64,000 nt of DNA from Eledone cirrhosa. Its lineage: Eukaryota. Both the position numbers and the translations under genes were made by a program. The stretch spans positions 306,404,001 to 306,468,000 of the forward strand of contig OZ024743.1 of the NCBI GenBank assembly GCA_964016885.1, given 5' to 3'. Each line of letters starts with the position of its first letter. Within the stretch, counting starts at the first letter, position 1. Positions 12,852 to 26,100 of the stretch are shown here, in pieces. The notes under the pieces were generated by a model, which saw only the letters and a list, made by a program, of their open reading frames with translations, made no database searches and was not told the origin of the DNA.

Positions 12852-12958
12852 ATCTCCGATGATCTGGTTAAGCTAACAACTTATTTAAAATTGAGTCGCA
12901 CTGCTTCAAGTGTTCAGCAATTTTTAGACAACTTAATCAGTGAAACAATTGTCAGATT
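12852..12958 (+). ncRNA. hammerhead ribozyme, core mutated to CCGATGA (right arm of inverted pair)
   Basis: ATCT CCGATGA .CTGGTTAAG...CTTAATCAG. GAAA CAATTG TC AGAT. 12691-12810 and 12864-12982 are inverted repeats. Confidence 0.5.
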
Positions 12959-13176
12959 GTAAATAAAACCCTTTTTTGTACTGTTGACCATGTTATTCTT
13001 CACTCTTTCAATATTATTACTCCAAGATAAACTTACATAGGAATACTAGAGAACTCATAAACTCGCCACCTACGTAAACCTCTGGTTGAGTCAAACAACG
13101 CCGTACGCTAAAACTATCCATAATACGAAGTATTCACAACCTCTAACTGGATTACCTATAACGATATCTTGTTATC

Positions 13177-13444
<268 letters not shown>

Positions 13445-14145
13445 GGATTGCTCTGCTAAAATATACTAATATACTAAAATATGTGTGTAACTTCCACAAA
13501 CTTCTGTCGTGACATTCCCGAGTCCAGTGACCAACAAATTGTTGCATTTTGATGTTTCAGAATACAAAAATTAATTAAAAACTTACCCCACGAAAAGACA
13601 ACGTGTGTTGTCCTATCTATTTATTTATATTTTACATTTTACATTTACTTACATCTCAATATAACATGGCTAAAATTCAAATTTTGCAAAGAGAAGAAAA
13701 CGGTCAAATGAACTAGATACATCGTACTGTCCCCCGCCACCACAATAACTTCTACACTCTCTCCCCACCATCACATGTCATTACCCTATCTCGACTAAAG
13801 TCATCGACCTGTTGTCAAACTCTCTACTCTCTGTTGAATGTGTATATATATATATATATGTATGTATATACATCACTCAGTCAAACGACCAGATTTCAAC
13901 CCCAACATCTACAACAACACCGGCACTAATGTTTACAGCAACAACAGCTTCAGAATGAACTGAAATGAACATTTACAACAACAACAGCGGCATCAAAAGA
14001 TTTAAAAAAAAAAAAAAACCTCAAAATAACAAAACACACTACACACACGCACACAACACAACAACAACATCAACTGCCACCACCACTGCCGCCGCCGCCA
14101 TCACCATCACCAGCGACCGGGCCTTAAGAAAACAATTTTAATAAT

Positions 14146-14291
14146 TTTTCTGCTTTTGGCACGGATCCAGCGACTGGCCCAGCGCATCACTGGTGCTCTC
14201 TTTTGTTGACTTCGTGGGGATGAAGGGCAAGGTTGACCTCGGCGGGATTTGAGCTCAGAGCGTGGAGAGCCATAACTCTATGCTGTAAAGC
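14146..14291 (-). mobile_element. diverged 5'-truncated SINE copy with ~13-bp TSD
   Basis: Reverse complement aligns to the 8805 SINE. CAATTWTAATAAT at 14133-14145 and 14291-14303. Confidence 0.75.
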
Positions 14292-14393
14292 AATTATAAT
14301 AATACTGGACTGTAGTACGATCGGCTTCAACTATACAAACTCTTGAAAGTCAACAGTTGACATAATCTTGTAATCTTGTATCAGTAATGACGG

Positions 14394-14469
<76 letters not shown>

Positions 14470-14597
14470 AAGTGAGTAGAGTAGCGTGTGTGTGTTGGTT
14501 TGTATGTATGAGTGTTGCTGTGTGGGCGCATATGTATGCGCGTGTGTGTATGTCGTACGTATAAGTGTCAATAAGCGATTTTTTTTTTTTTTTTTTT

Positions 14598-14885
14598 GCG
14601 CGGGGACATAGAATTAATCGGGCTAGATGCCCGATCGCGCAGTTAAACCACTGGGAGTGAAGAACCCTAGCCCTTGTCAGGGCATTCTTCTAGGAGAAGG
14701 CATCTCAAGAAACTGGGTTAACTCCGACATAAAACCTGCGGTTCAGTAGTTAGCGACGATGTTGATCTTTTCTTCTTTTCGGGTTATAGTTACTGTCGCT
14801 CAGAGAGTGGGATTGGCTCAGTGCACAGTCTTTCCTCACTTTAAAAATATTCGTCACGCACAGGCATTGCACGAGTGCATTAATA
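14598..14885 (+). mobile_element. short non-coding element resembling an RTE-type 5' UTR
   Basis: GC-rich hairpins plus TCTAGGAGAAGG and CTTTCCTCACTTTAAAAA..GCACAGGC motifs, which I recall from RTE 5' regions. Bounded by poly(T) and (ATT)n. Confidence 0.35.
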
Positions 14886-14901
14886 ATTATTAATAGTGTA
14901 C

Positions 14902-14932
<31 letters not shown>

Positions 14933-15149
14933 GAATGCTATGGTTGACGGAGGCTCGGCTCTGTAAGGTATTGTAAATTTTGAACGCTATAACAATTGTA
15001 AATTGTTTAAAACTTTTACCAACTTGTAGACAAAAACACCCTCCTCCTCGTGAGAGGGGTCTTTCTGCCCGTTATTTGGCCCTTCGGGGTTAAATAACTG
15101 CTTATTGGGGTTTTGTGCCCAATATTTATTTTAAACAAAAAAAAAAAAA
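14933..15149 (+). mobile_element. probable 3'-end fragment of another LINE (Tx1-like) ending in poly(A)
   Basis: CCCTTCGGGGTTAAATAA resembles CCCTTGTGGTTAATA at the 3' end of the Tx1 element (~20942). Starts in (ATT)n and ends in an A tract. Confidence 0.35.
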
Positions 15150-15259
15150 CATGGCTACGAAAAAGAATGTTCATAGGTCACTCCCACTCATTCCGTCTTC
15201 TTCTTCCTCAATCGTCACTACAGCAGAGAGAAGAGTGTCTCTCTCCCTCCCTTCTTTAA

Positions 15260-17259
15260 ATGTGTCTCTCTACCCCCCCCCCCCCCTCCCCTTCTCTTTC
15301 GCAAGCGACGACAGAAAAGAAAAGTCTCGTGCAAAGCGTGCAAGATTTCTCCACGACGACAACGACGACGAAACAGGTGTGCGGGAAATACGAAAACCCA
15401 TTTCATTCGTCTGACGTCAGGAATAATAGCAGTAGCAGCCGTAATAACAACAGCAACAGTGACAATGAAAACAACAGTAGCAGCCGCAACAGCATCAGCA
15501 GCAGCATAAACAACAACAGCATTAGCAGCAGCAACAACAACAACAACCACAGCAACAGCGGCGGCGGCAGTAGCCGTAGTACCTGCAGCAACAACAAAAG
15601 TAACAGCAGCTCTGACGACAACAACAACAACAACAGCAGCAAAGAAAAACCAATCTCGTTTGCAGGTATCGCGAAGAACCTGGAAACAATCCTCATAACA
15701 AATGAGGAATTAGAGGAAGCGAAGAAGATGGTGACAAAAACCGGACACCGAGCAATCTGCAAGGCAGTGGAAAAATTTTTCGAAACCCAACAGCACTGTA
15801 CGGTCACGTACCGTACAGTAAGTACAAAATCCCGTAGGGTGGAAAGAGCCACAGAGGCTCAAATACAAAAAGCCTTGGGGTCTGTGTGGCAGCGGAAAAC
15901 ACACATCACCCGAGGCAAGAAATATGCCACCGTAGACGTACTTTTTGCCACACCCCAGGAGGCAAAGGCTCAATCCGTAGTGACCCTAAGGAGCGAGGAA
16001 ATGGTGTTGGTGCCCTCCTACTGCAGGCAAAAAATTGTGAGGGTCAAACTGACCCACGTCCCCCCCGGGATGGCCCCTTCTTGGCTGGCCGCGTCTGTCC
16101 TCGTCGGAATCGAGGACAAAACAACTGTACTGCAAGTACAGAAAAAAGTAAGAGAAGATTGGGTCGGCACCTCCATTGAGATGTTAATCCAAACCAACCA
16201 GGAGTGCATCGAAGCTATCCCGGATGTGATAGACTTCGATAACGGCACTCAACTGCCCATAAGTGTTGAGGGCAAACGCCCGAAATGCTTTCGCTGTGGA
16301 TCGAAGACTCACCTCAGGGCCTTCTGCAACGAGAAGACCCTGAGAAAGGAGAAAACCCCCTCCTTCCGAAACCGGCTCCACGGCTACCAGCAACAGGACA
16401 AGCGGCAACCAGGAACGATAGGTCCGTGGCACCCATACCCACGCCACGGAAATCAAAAACAGCAGCAGCAGTGGAAGTATTAACAACAACAACAACAGCA
16501 ATACCAAATGCAGCTGCAACAGAGACTCCAGTGCAAACATCACCAACAACAACAAGTGAAAGAGTGGAGCTGGTACCCCTCCCCGACCTCACAGAATCAG
16601 ACATGGAGTGTGAGGTGGGAGAGGGATGGCAAAAGGTCGTAAGAAGGCACAAACGCAGAAGCAGCGCATCGTCGCCTTTGAAAAGGGAGGAAAGAAATGA
16701 AAAAAGGGTAAAGTCTACTGCAAAGAGACTCACAGCAGCAACACCACCAACACCATCACCACCCACACTAGCACCACCGGCGACAACCCCACCGCCAACA
16801 ACACCTTCAACACCACCACCACAAGCACCAACATCGCAAACACAACAACAAAACACACACACCCAGCAACAACGACAAGAAAATAGCAGAACCACACCGC
16901 ACCCCCAGAAAAACAAATGCACGGCAATAAATACACACGACAAGAAACTAATGACTTACATAATTGAACACACAGACATTTCACAACACGACTACATAAT
17001 ACCAGCACCAATCAAAACGCCAACTAACATAAGACTGCTAAAAATAGCACAGAAACAATACACAAACATTAAAACGAAATTCCCCAACGCAGTTGGTGAT
17101 TTCAGGGACCTAGGAGGGACTATCAACCGAAGAGTATATTCGGACATACTCATAGAAGAGCCGACGACCAGCCGAAGGGACGATTCAACGGTCCCTTCAC
17201 CAGACGATCAAGTGAAAAGGGATGTAAAAACCATCCTTCCTCTACGAAAAGTACGGTAA
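15260..17259 (+). pseudogene. Tx1 ORF1 (gag-like, CCHC zinc knuckle), frameshifted near 16360
   Basis: CFRCGSKTHLRAFC knuckle, then continues in ORF 16285 with GWQKVVRRHKRR and a Pro/Thr-rich tail. N-terminal Ser/Asn low-complexity tract. Confidence 0.8.
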
Positions 17260-17294
17260 GTGGTCTTTCCCATCTTTTCCACTCTATTTTAAAC

Positions 17295-20200
17295 ATGACC
17301 TCACTCAGAATAGGCAGCATAAATGCGCGTGGCTTGGGGTCGTCATGGAAGCAGGGTCACCTGCTCAACGACCTCAGGTCACTAAACATAGATGTAGTGG
17401 CCATCAGCGAGACCAGAATCTCCGAAGCACGGGCCTTCGCACCGATCTTCGGCGGCTACGATGTGTACGCATCTCCCAGCCGTCCTGGATCGGGGGGAGG
17501 AGTTGCTGTGCTTTTTCGGAGAGGTTTGGATCTCGCCATACGGGCCATCTTCCTGGACCCAAAGGGTAAGTTGGTGGTGCAGGACGTGACCAGCGGAGAC
17601 GGGCAAGCTTTCAGGCTAGTGGCCGTCTATGCCCCGACAGGAGCAGGGCGGCCTGATTTCTTCCGGCGTCTGGAGACCTTTCTTGGAACGTCCCGCTCTT
17701 TAGTGTTAGTAGGCGACTGGAACGGGATCTTAGATGCACGCTGGGACTGTGTGGGATTAGCGGATAGGGGTGGAGGGTGCAAGAGCCTCACCAACCTGCT
17801 CAGGCGTTTTGAACTGTCTGACAGGTACCGATTGGACTTCCCGAATGTGCCAATGTGGACTTGGACAAATCGTATAGGGTCATCCAGATCATATCTAGAT
17901 AGAGTATTTTGTAGGGAAATAGATAGGTCTAGCATAGGCTGTCCACAATTCAAGATAGTCAGCTACACGGACCACAAATTCGTGATCTGTGTGCTTGACT
18001 TAGATAGGCTTCATAGACGAGGACCCGGCTACTGGAAGCTAAACGCGTCCTTACCAGCGCGCAAAGCCTACAGAGACCGGATTAGCGAACTAGTTAAGCG
18101 GGCGTTGACGGGGGCCATCGTCAACAACAAGTGGTGGTTTGCTCGGAAAAGAGCGATTAGAATAGAATCGATTAGGTTTAGTAAGGCTTTAGCAATAGAG
18201 AAAAATAGAGCAGAGGGAGAACTAGTTAGAAAATTAGACGAGGCGCTTAGCAAAGGCATTGCGACCGACGTGCTTGCGGCGAAATTGGCCCTTGACCAAT
18301 TCTTCAATGCAAAGCACGAAGGCTGCGTTGTCAGAGCAAGGGTGCGTGCTCTCAGACACGAGGGGACGAAAGCCGTTCAATGGGCCCGAGTGGCGGAGGC
18401 GCGTCGTGGCAACAAAGCCACGATCCGGTATTTGGTGGACCACGACGGGCGCATGCTACTCGATCCCGGGCAAATGTGTGAAGCTTTTCAGCGACACTTC
18501 GCTCAGCTGTTCGGGGGCAGCGGTGGGCCGGGTCGAGGGATGGACTTTAGTGTCTACCTCGACGGACTGCCGCAGCTCTCGGCCACTGAGGCGAAGTGTT
18601 GCGAAAAGCCGATAACAGCCGCTGAAGTAAGGGAGGCAATGACTGGCTGCACAAGGGGTAAATCGCCTGGTTTGGATGGTCTGCCCTATGAACTTTACGT
18701 ACAGATGCCAGACTTGTTCGGAGGCCTCTTGGCGGACGTCTACTGCAACTGGCAACAGAACGGCAGAATTCCCAGTTCTGTGAGCCGAGGAGCGGTGGCA
18801 CTGCTGAGAAAGGATCCGAACAAGGGGGATAACATAGATAATTTCCGGCCCATAACTCTGCTAAACACAGAGTTCAAGATTTTGGCCAAGGTGCTAGCAA
18901 AGAGGTTGGCGCTTGTCGTTGGTGGTCTGGTGGGAGAGGCGCAGACATGCGCCATTCCCGACAGATCCATCCACGACAACCTCCACCTCATGCGATACAT
19001 CGTAGAGAGGGTAGCTAGGGAACCTGGCACGGGTGGGTCCTTGATCAATTTAGATCAGTCGAAAGCTTTCGATAGGGTCGACCTTCGTTACCTAGCGGCA
19101 GTCCTGAGGGCGGCTGGTTTGGGCCCGTCTTCAGACGCTGGATCGCTGCCATGCACAGCGACATCTGCTCTGTGGTGAGAGTGAACGGTCACCTGTCGGA
19201 ACCGTTCAACATCATGCGCTCGGTCCGCCAAGGATGTCCCCTCTCGTCCCTCTTGTACGTATTGACTCTCGAACCATTACTGCACAAACTGGAGACGTTG
19301 AGGGGTATCCCGCGCGAACTAGGATGCGGAAGATCCGTGTCAGCATATGCGGACGGTGTCACCGTAGTGGTGTCGAACGCCAAACACATCGAGGCGATCG
19401 GCACCACACTAAGAGAATACGAAGCGGTGACAGGAGCAATGATCAACCAGGAAAAGTCAGTGGGCCTACAGCTCGGCACCTGGAGAGGCAGGTCCATGCC
19501 GTCCAACAGCGTCGTCGGACGTTGGACGGACGGACCGGTTAAATTGCTAGGGGTCTGGTTCGGTCCGGACCTCCAGACGGACAAAAACTGGGACGAGGTG
19601 ACGAGCAGGGTGGCTTCTCTCACCCAGAAATGGGCGGAGAGGAAGCTATCCCTGAAAGGTCGAGCGGAGGTGGCTAACGCGTACATCGCGTCTGTCATCT
19701 GCTACCGCCTGACCGTCGTACCTTGTCCTAAGCCTCGCCTGACTGCGCTGGAGCGTTTGCTCTTTCGCTTTTTGTGGAAGGGACGCGCTCCGATGGTCAG
19801 GCGGTCCATCTGTTGTCAACACCCACTACGTGGAGGGCTGGGAATGCCGTGGCTGATGATGCGCAGGCACGCGCTCAGGCTACGACATCTCCACCTCTTC
19901 CTCGACGGTGATCAGGTGTGGTCGCCGTTTGCTAGACACGTATTTCCCCAGCTCGTTTCCTTGACGGAGCTGCAGTCCTGGGTCAAGCGAAGACCGAGAG
20001 GGAGCGCCTGGAGACTGGAATGTCTTCAGGCGCTCACAGCCCTCGACCAATCGGGCAATGTGATCGGTGGAAACTCCACCTCGGCGTTCTATAGAGGATT
20101 AGTGGAGGGGAAGAGCGACGACATACTTGGGGAAACTCTAGGCGTCGACGAAAATCAACTAGCCAATCTCTTCGGAAGAACTTTCGGGCCAGGGCCTATG

Positions 20201-20714
20201 GACAACTTCCAGAAATCTCTGGCCTGGCAGTGCTACCGAGGAGCCTTGCCAGTTCGGGATAAACTCTACAGGCTGTGAGGTGCCGTCAGCCGGGCATGTC
20301 CGAGATGCGCGCAGGGCGACGAAACCGTCCTGCACGCACTCGTCCAGTGTCCGAAAATTGCTAACTTGTGGGTTTATGTCGAACACCTGCTGTCGCGTTT
20401 AGGACGGATCCGGCTATCATCTGAGTCCATCGTGAGGATTGCCCCGCCCTCCTCCTTTAGCCGGAAAGGGCAGGCAGTTTTTATCTGTCTGGTGGCCATT
20501 GGCGAAAGAGATAGTATGGTGGACACGTTTGAAAAGGCTGAAGACGAGCACTTACCTCTTCGGTGATGCTCTGATTGACTTTTTCAAATTTCATTTGAAA
20601 AGGAAAATCAGAGTAGAGAGGGAAGTGCTCTCTTCTCAGCATTTTGTTGAAAGATGGGTGAGAGAAGCAAGAATGGCCCGAGTGAATGGGCCTACTCTGA
20701 GTATATATCTGTAA
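17295..20714 (+). pseudogene. Tx1 ORF2 (APE endonuclease, RT, C-terminal zinc finger), disrupted
   Basis: SINARGL, ISET, GDWN, SYLDR, TDH, YWKLN, KSPGLDGLP, FRPITLLN, DQSKAFDRV, QGCPLS and YADG (catalytic YADD mutated), then CPRC..ETVLHALVQC. Frameshift ~19125, in-frame TGA 20276-20278, frameshift ~20500. Confidence 0.92.
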
Positions 20715-20961
20715 ATTAAAGGTGGAAAACTGGGAGAGGGCACTTGCCTTGGTGGTCAGGGTCATTGTGGCCTTTTACTGGGCTTTCTCCACAAATGTCC
20801 CTCCGAAGTCTCCCCCCTATTGGGGAATTTTTCATTGTTAATTTATGTTACATACTCTGTTTTTGTTTTTTACACGCAGAAATGCCCATTTGTACCGTCC
20901 TGTATTGTCCTGCACTGTCCTTAATGTCTACTTTATGTAAACCCTTGTGGTTAATATAGAA

Positions 20962-20962
<1 letters not shown>

Positions 20963-21015
<53 letters not shown>

Positions 21016-21027
21016 GTTATTGTTATT
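20963..21027. repeat. (ATT)n tract between the Tx1 tail and the R4/Dong 3' end
   Basis: Direct reading. Confidence 0.9.
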
Positions 21028-23145
21028 CCTTGAATCTCAGTCATTGATGTTGGTTAACTGGAAAGTCCGTTGGATTGAATATCAAGCCACTACCTGCAGC
21101 CTCAGATATTCAGGACGTATCGGAGGGTTCTTGCCGTTCCAAGCAAGCATGCCTTTTGAAGCGTTCCAAAAAGCGTGAAGGGGCCGATTTTCTTTAACCA
21201 TCCCTGGAAACCTTTGGAGATAGTCCCCAGTGCGCCTATGACAATCGGGATCACTTTGACTTCATGGCAGTTCCAAATCCTTTTCACCTCCCACTTTAGG
21301 TCCTGGTATCGGTTAATTTTCTCCCTCTCCTTCTCTTGCACTCTCGTGTCGAACGGGCAGGCCACATCCACAATCAGGCACGATCTTTTTTCTTTGTCCA
21401 CAACCACCAGGTCAGGTCTATTGTGTTCCAGTTTTTTGTCCGTCTGTATCCTAAAATCCCACAGCACCTTCACCTGACTGTTCTCCATCACCGCCTCTGG
21501 CCTATGCTCATACCATTTCTCAGAATGTGGTAGATTGTTTACTTTGCACAGGTGCCAGTGGATCACCCTGCCCATCACATCGTGTCTCCAGCCCTTATAG
21601 TGGGTCTGGGCTAGGTGTTTACACTCGGACACAATGTGAGCCACAGTCTCCTCTCTCTCTCCACAGATCCTGCACAGTGGGCTAGCCTCCTCCTTGTAGA
21701 TATGGTGCTTCAACCACTTCGTTTTGAGGGCCTGCTCCTGCGCAGCCATTAGCATTCCTTCTGTAGCCTTTTTGAGGTCTCCTCTTCTCAACCAGTTCCA
21801 TGTCTGTGGATCTCTAAATTCAGTTTTCTCAAAGAAGGTACTATGAAGGGATTTTCCCTTAAGGCTGCTCTTCCTCCTTGATGTTATTTCCTCCTTGGAT
21901 ATCCCCTGGCCTACTGTCCCCTCCTTCAGTACAGCTCTGAGCATTGGCTCCTTACTATAGGTCACGTATTTGTATAGGTTGTTTTTCTCCATCTGAACAC
22001 AGTCCTCTATGCTGATAAGACCTCTTCCACCCTCAGATCTCCTTAGGTAGAGTCTATCGACATCACTCCTCTTGTGGAACATGTTGTAGATAGTCAATAG
22101 CTTCCTAGTCTTCCTATCCATTTCTTTTTGTTCAGCAACATTCCATCTCAGAATTCCCGCACTGTACCTAATAATAGACACAGCTCGGGAATTTACTGCG
22201 CTTATGGCATTTCTGCTGTTCAGATGTGACTTCAATACGCTCCTTACTCTCCGAATGTATTCAGTTCTTAACAATTCCTTCATTTTTTTGTTCTTTATGC
22301 CATCAGCCTCCAGAACGCCCAAATACTTGTATCCTTCCTCAGAGTCAATTTCCTTTATCATCTCACCTGTTGGTATCTGGATCCCGTTATTTCTGCTCAA
22401 CCTACCCCTCCTCATCACAATGACTCCACATTTACCAATACCAAACTGCATACATATATCACTGCTGAAAATACGGACAGTGTCAACAAGCACATCCAAC
22501 TCCTTCTCACTTTTCCCGAAGAGCTTAAGATCGTCCATGAAGAGGAGGTGATTGATGGTAAGCTCTCCCCTTCCCAACTTGTATCCTGCTCTCACTTTTC
22601 GCAGCATAATGGTCAAGGGCATCAGGGCAAGGACAAACAACAGAGGGGACAGGCTATCTCCCTGGAAGATACCTCTCTTGATCTTCACGCTTCCCAAGGA
22701 TACTCCAGTTCATGTCAACTCTGTCTCCCAGGACCCCATACTCCTGCCCAGCAACTGTCTGATGTTATCTGCCACCCTGAAGATCTCCAGGCTTTTGGTG
22801 ATCCAGGAATGAGGCACCATGTCAAATGCCTTTCTGTAGTCTATCCATCCCATGGCAAGATCAGTGTGTCTCCTCCTGCAATTCCCCATTACCATCTTAT
22901 CAATAAGCAACTGGTCCTTTGTACCACGTGACTTCTTTCGGCATCCTTTCTGTTCGTCCGGCAACAAGTTGTTTGTGTGGAGGTGATGGTAGATTTCCTC
23001 AGACACAATGCTCGTCAACAGTTTCCACATTACGGGCAGACATGTGATATGTCTATAGTTGGTAACATCATTACCCTTGATTCGGTCTTTCATTATCAGA
23101 ACTGTGGTACCTTTTGTCAACCACTCTGGCACCTCACCCGACACC
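21028..23145 (-). mobile_element. 5'-truncated R4/Dong-like RLE non-LTR retrotransposon inserted in (TAA)n
   Basis: RT plus C-terminal CCHC and restriction-like endonuclease. (TAA)n on both flanks (20963-21027, 23146-23180). Confidence 0.85.
21102..23145 (-). pseudogene. RT-CCHC-RLE ORF with one in-frame TGA at 22710-22712
   Basis: [82 protein letters not shown] and EKINRY. ORFs 22710 and 21102 are in the same frame. Confidence 0.9.
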
Positions 23146-23199
23146 ATTATTATTATTATTATTATTATTACTATTATTATCATTTTTTTTTTTTTTTCC

Positions 23200-26100
23200 A
23201 ACTCAATGATGTTCCAGAACAATATAAAAGAGATAATTGGCAATTTAGGTTCTGGAACAAAAAAGATCATTGGCAATAAGGGCAGGGGCCCCAGGTTATC
23301 ACAGCCTGGGCCCACTCGTCATCGTGCCATTGTAATAGAGCCAAACAAGGCATTTAGTCTTGGCTGCTGGAACGTACGGACGCTGCTTGACAGGCATTCC
23401 TTGGAGCGTCCTGAACGAAGGACCGTTCTTGTTGCAAGGGAGCTTCGACGTTACGATCTTGACATCGTGGCTTTATCTGAGACGAGGTTAGCTGAAGATG
23501 GTCATCTTACGGAATTTTGTGGAGAATATACATTCTTCTGGAAAGGAAGAGATGAAGGAACCAGAAGAGAGGCTGGGGTAGGATTTGCTGTTAAGACTGT
23601 ACTTGTGAACAAATTAGAAGAATTCCCAGTAGGGATTAGTGAGCGTCTTATGTCCATGAGAGTTCCGCTGGACAAGGGAAGATATGCTACCCTGGTGAGT
23701 GTGTATGCTCCAACTATGAGTTCTGTCGATGAGGAAAAGGTGTCCTTTTACCATGCCTTGAAAGATGTTTTAAGAAATATCCCCCAGGCAGACAAAGTCA
23801 TCGTGCTTGGTGACTTTAATGCTAGAGTGGGTAGGGATTTTAACACATGGAATGTAATCGGAAGGCATGGGGTGGGAAAGTGTAACAGCAATGGTATGCT
23901 CCTGCTGCAGATGTGTGAGGAGCTGGATCTGTGTGTTACCAACACCATGTTTCAACAAAAGAACAAATTCAAGACCAAATGGATGCATCCTGCATCTAAG
24001 GAATGGCATCTTTTGGACTACGTCCTAGTCAGGATGCGTGACAGACAGGATGTGCAGTGTGTTCGTGTTCTTCGTGGAGCTGAGTGCTGGACGGACCACC
24101 GCCTGGTACGCGCAAAAGTGAAACTAATCACTAAACGTAAAATCCGGGCTCCTGGTGTTGCCCTGCCCAAAATATTGAATGCTGCTCGTCTTAAGGATAA
24201 AAATGTGAAGAGGGCATTGGAAGAAGAGATGCAGGCTGCAGATCTTGGTGAGGATTGGCCGACCCTTAAAAAGACGGTTTATGATGTAGGCAGACGTGTT
24301 CTGTGATTGGTGCAGAGAAAACATCAGGACTGGTTTAATGAGAATGATGTACACATAGAAGACTTGTTGGCTGATAAGAGGCGTGCTCTGTCACGCTACT
24401 TGACGGCAAAACCACAGGAGAGGAATACGTTGCATGAGGAACTCAGGGATGTAAAATCACGTGTTAGGCGGAGTCTTTCTCAGATGAAGGATCAGTGGTG
24501 GAGTGAGAAGGCTGGTGAGATACAAACTGCGTCTGATTCCAATAACACAAAGCTGTTGTACAGTCTCTTGCGTGAGGTTTATGGACCGTCTTCTTCTCTG
24601 GTGACACCGCTTCGCAGCAGGGATGGCAAAGAACTTCTTCGTGACTCACAAGGAATTCTACGAAGTTGGCGAGAGCACTTTGATGATCTTTTGAATCAGC
24701 CGTCTGTCGTCAGTGAAGATTTCCTCAACCTCATTCCAGAAAGTCCTGTGAAAGTAGCTCTCGCAGAACCTCCGACGCTTGTGGAGGTTGCAGTGGCTAT
24801 TTCGAAGCTGAACAGTGGAAGATCTCCAGGTATGGATGGCATACATGCTGAGCTCCTACAATATGGTGGTGAGAGACTCCTGCAACATCTTCACTCTTTG
24901 TTTGGCAGGATATGGGCTAATGAATCCGTACCTGGGGACTGGAGAGATGCAGTAATGGTGGTCTTGTACAAGGGAAAGGGTAACAGGAACGATTGTGGGA
25001 ACTACAGAGGTATATCATTGCTTTCTGTCGTAGGGAATGTTTTATGTAGGGTGCTTCTGGACCGTCTGCTGACACACATTGCAGATTGTGTTCTTCCTGA
25101 AAATCAATCTGATTTTCGTGCTGGACGCGGCACTACTGATATGATCTTCTCAGCTAGACAGCTCCAGGAGAAGTGCATGGAACAAGGCTTGGATCTGCAT
25201 CAGGTTTTTGTCGATCTGACAAAAGCTTTCGATACTGTTAATAGAGATGCATTATGGAAGGTTCTCCAGAAACTTGGTTGCCCTGATAAGTTCCTTGCTT
25301 TAGTTAGGTATTTCCATGACGACATGAAGGCTTGGGTTAATGTCGGGGGTAACATGTCGGAGCCTATCTCAGTAAAAAATGGAGCGAAACAGGGGGATAT
25401 TCCAGCACCGACCCTGTTTGCCATATACTTTGCAATGGTTTTCTGTATTGTATTCAGGAATTGCGAGCATGGTGTTTACATCCGATATCGAACCTCAGGC
25501 AGCATATTTAACATCAGGCGCTTTGCTGCGAAGACAAAAGTATTTACATCAATCATAAGAGACCTCTTGTATGCAGATGATTGCGATCTTGTAGCGCACA
25601 CAGAGAGTGATATGCAGCACATTTTGAATGCATTTTCTGACGCTTGCACTGCCCTAGGTCTGACTGTCAGTCTCAAGGAAACCGTCGTCATGTACCAACC
25701 TGCCCCTGGTAAGCAGTACACTGAACCAAACATCTATGTGTATGGCAAACGACTTGGAGTGATTGATCAGTTTGTCTACCTAGGAAGCACTGTCAATCGA
25801 TACAGCAACCTTGACGGTAAAATCTCACTTAGGATTAGGAAAGCAAGTGGTGCTTTCGGAAAGCTAGAAAGGCAACTCTGGGGTCGGCGAGACATATGCA
25901 GGAGGACAAAGGTAAAGGTGTACAGGGCATGTGTGCTCTCTTGTCTTCTTTATGCCTGCGAGACCTGGGTCACATATCGACACAACCTTAAGCAATTGGA
26001 GCGTTTCCATCAGATGTGTCTCAGACGGATCCATGGCGTTCACTGGAGGGACCACATCAGTGATGTCGAGATTTTGGAAAGCTCTATGTGCGACAGTATA

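Larger units (their letters stand above)
15150..20965 (+). mobile_element. full-length Tx1/L1-clade non-LTR retrotransposon, decayed
   Basis: Two-ORF layout: gag-like CCHC ORF1, APE-RT-zf ORF2, 3' UTR and (ATT)n tail. 5' boundary approximate. Confidence 0.9.
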
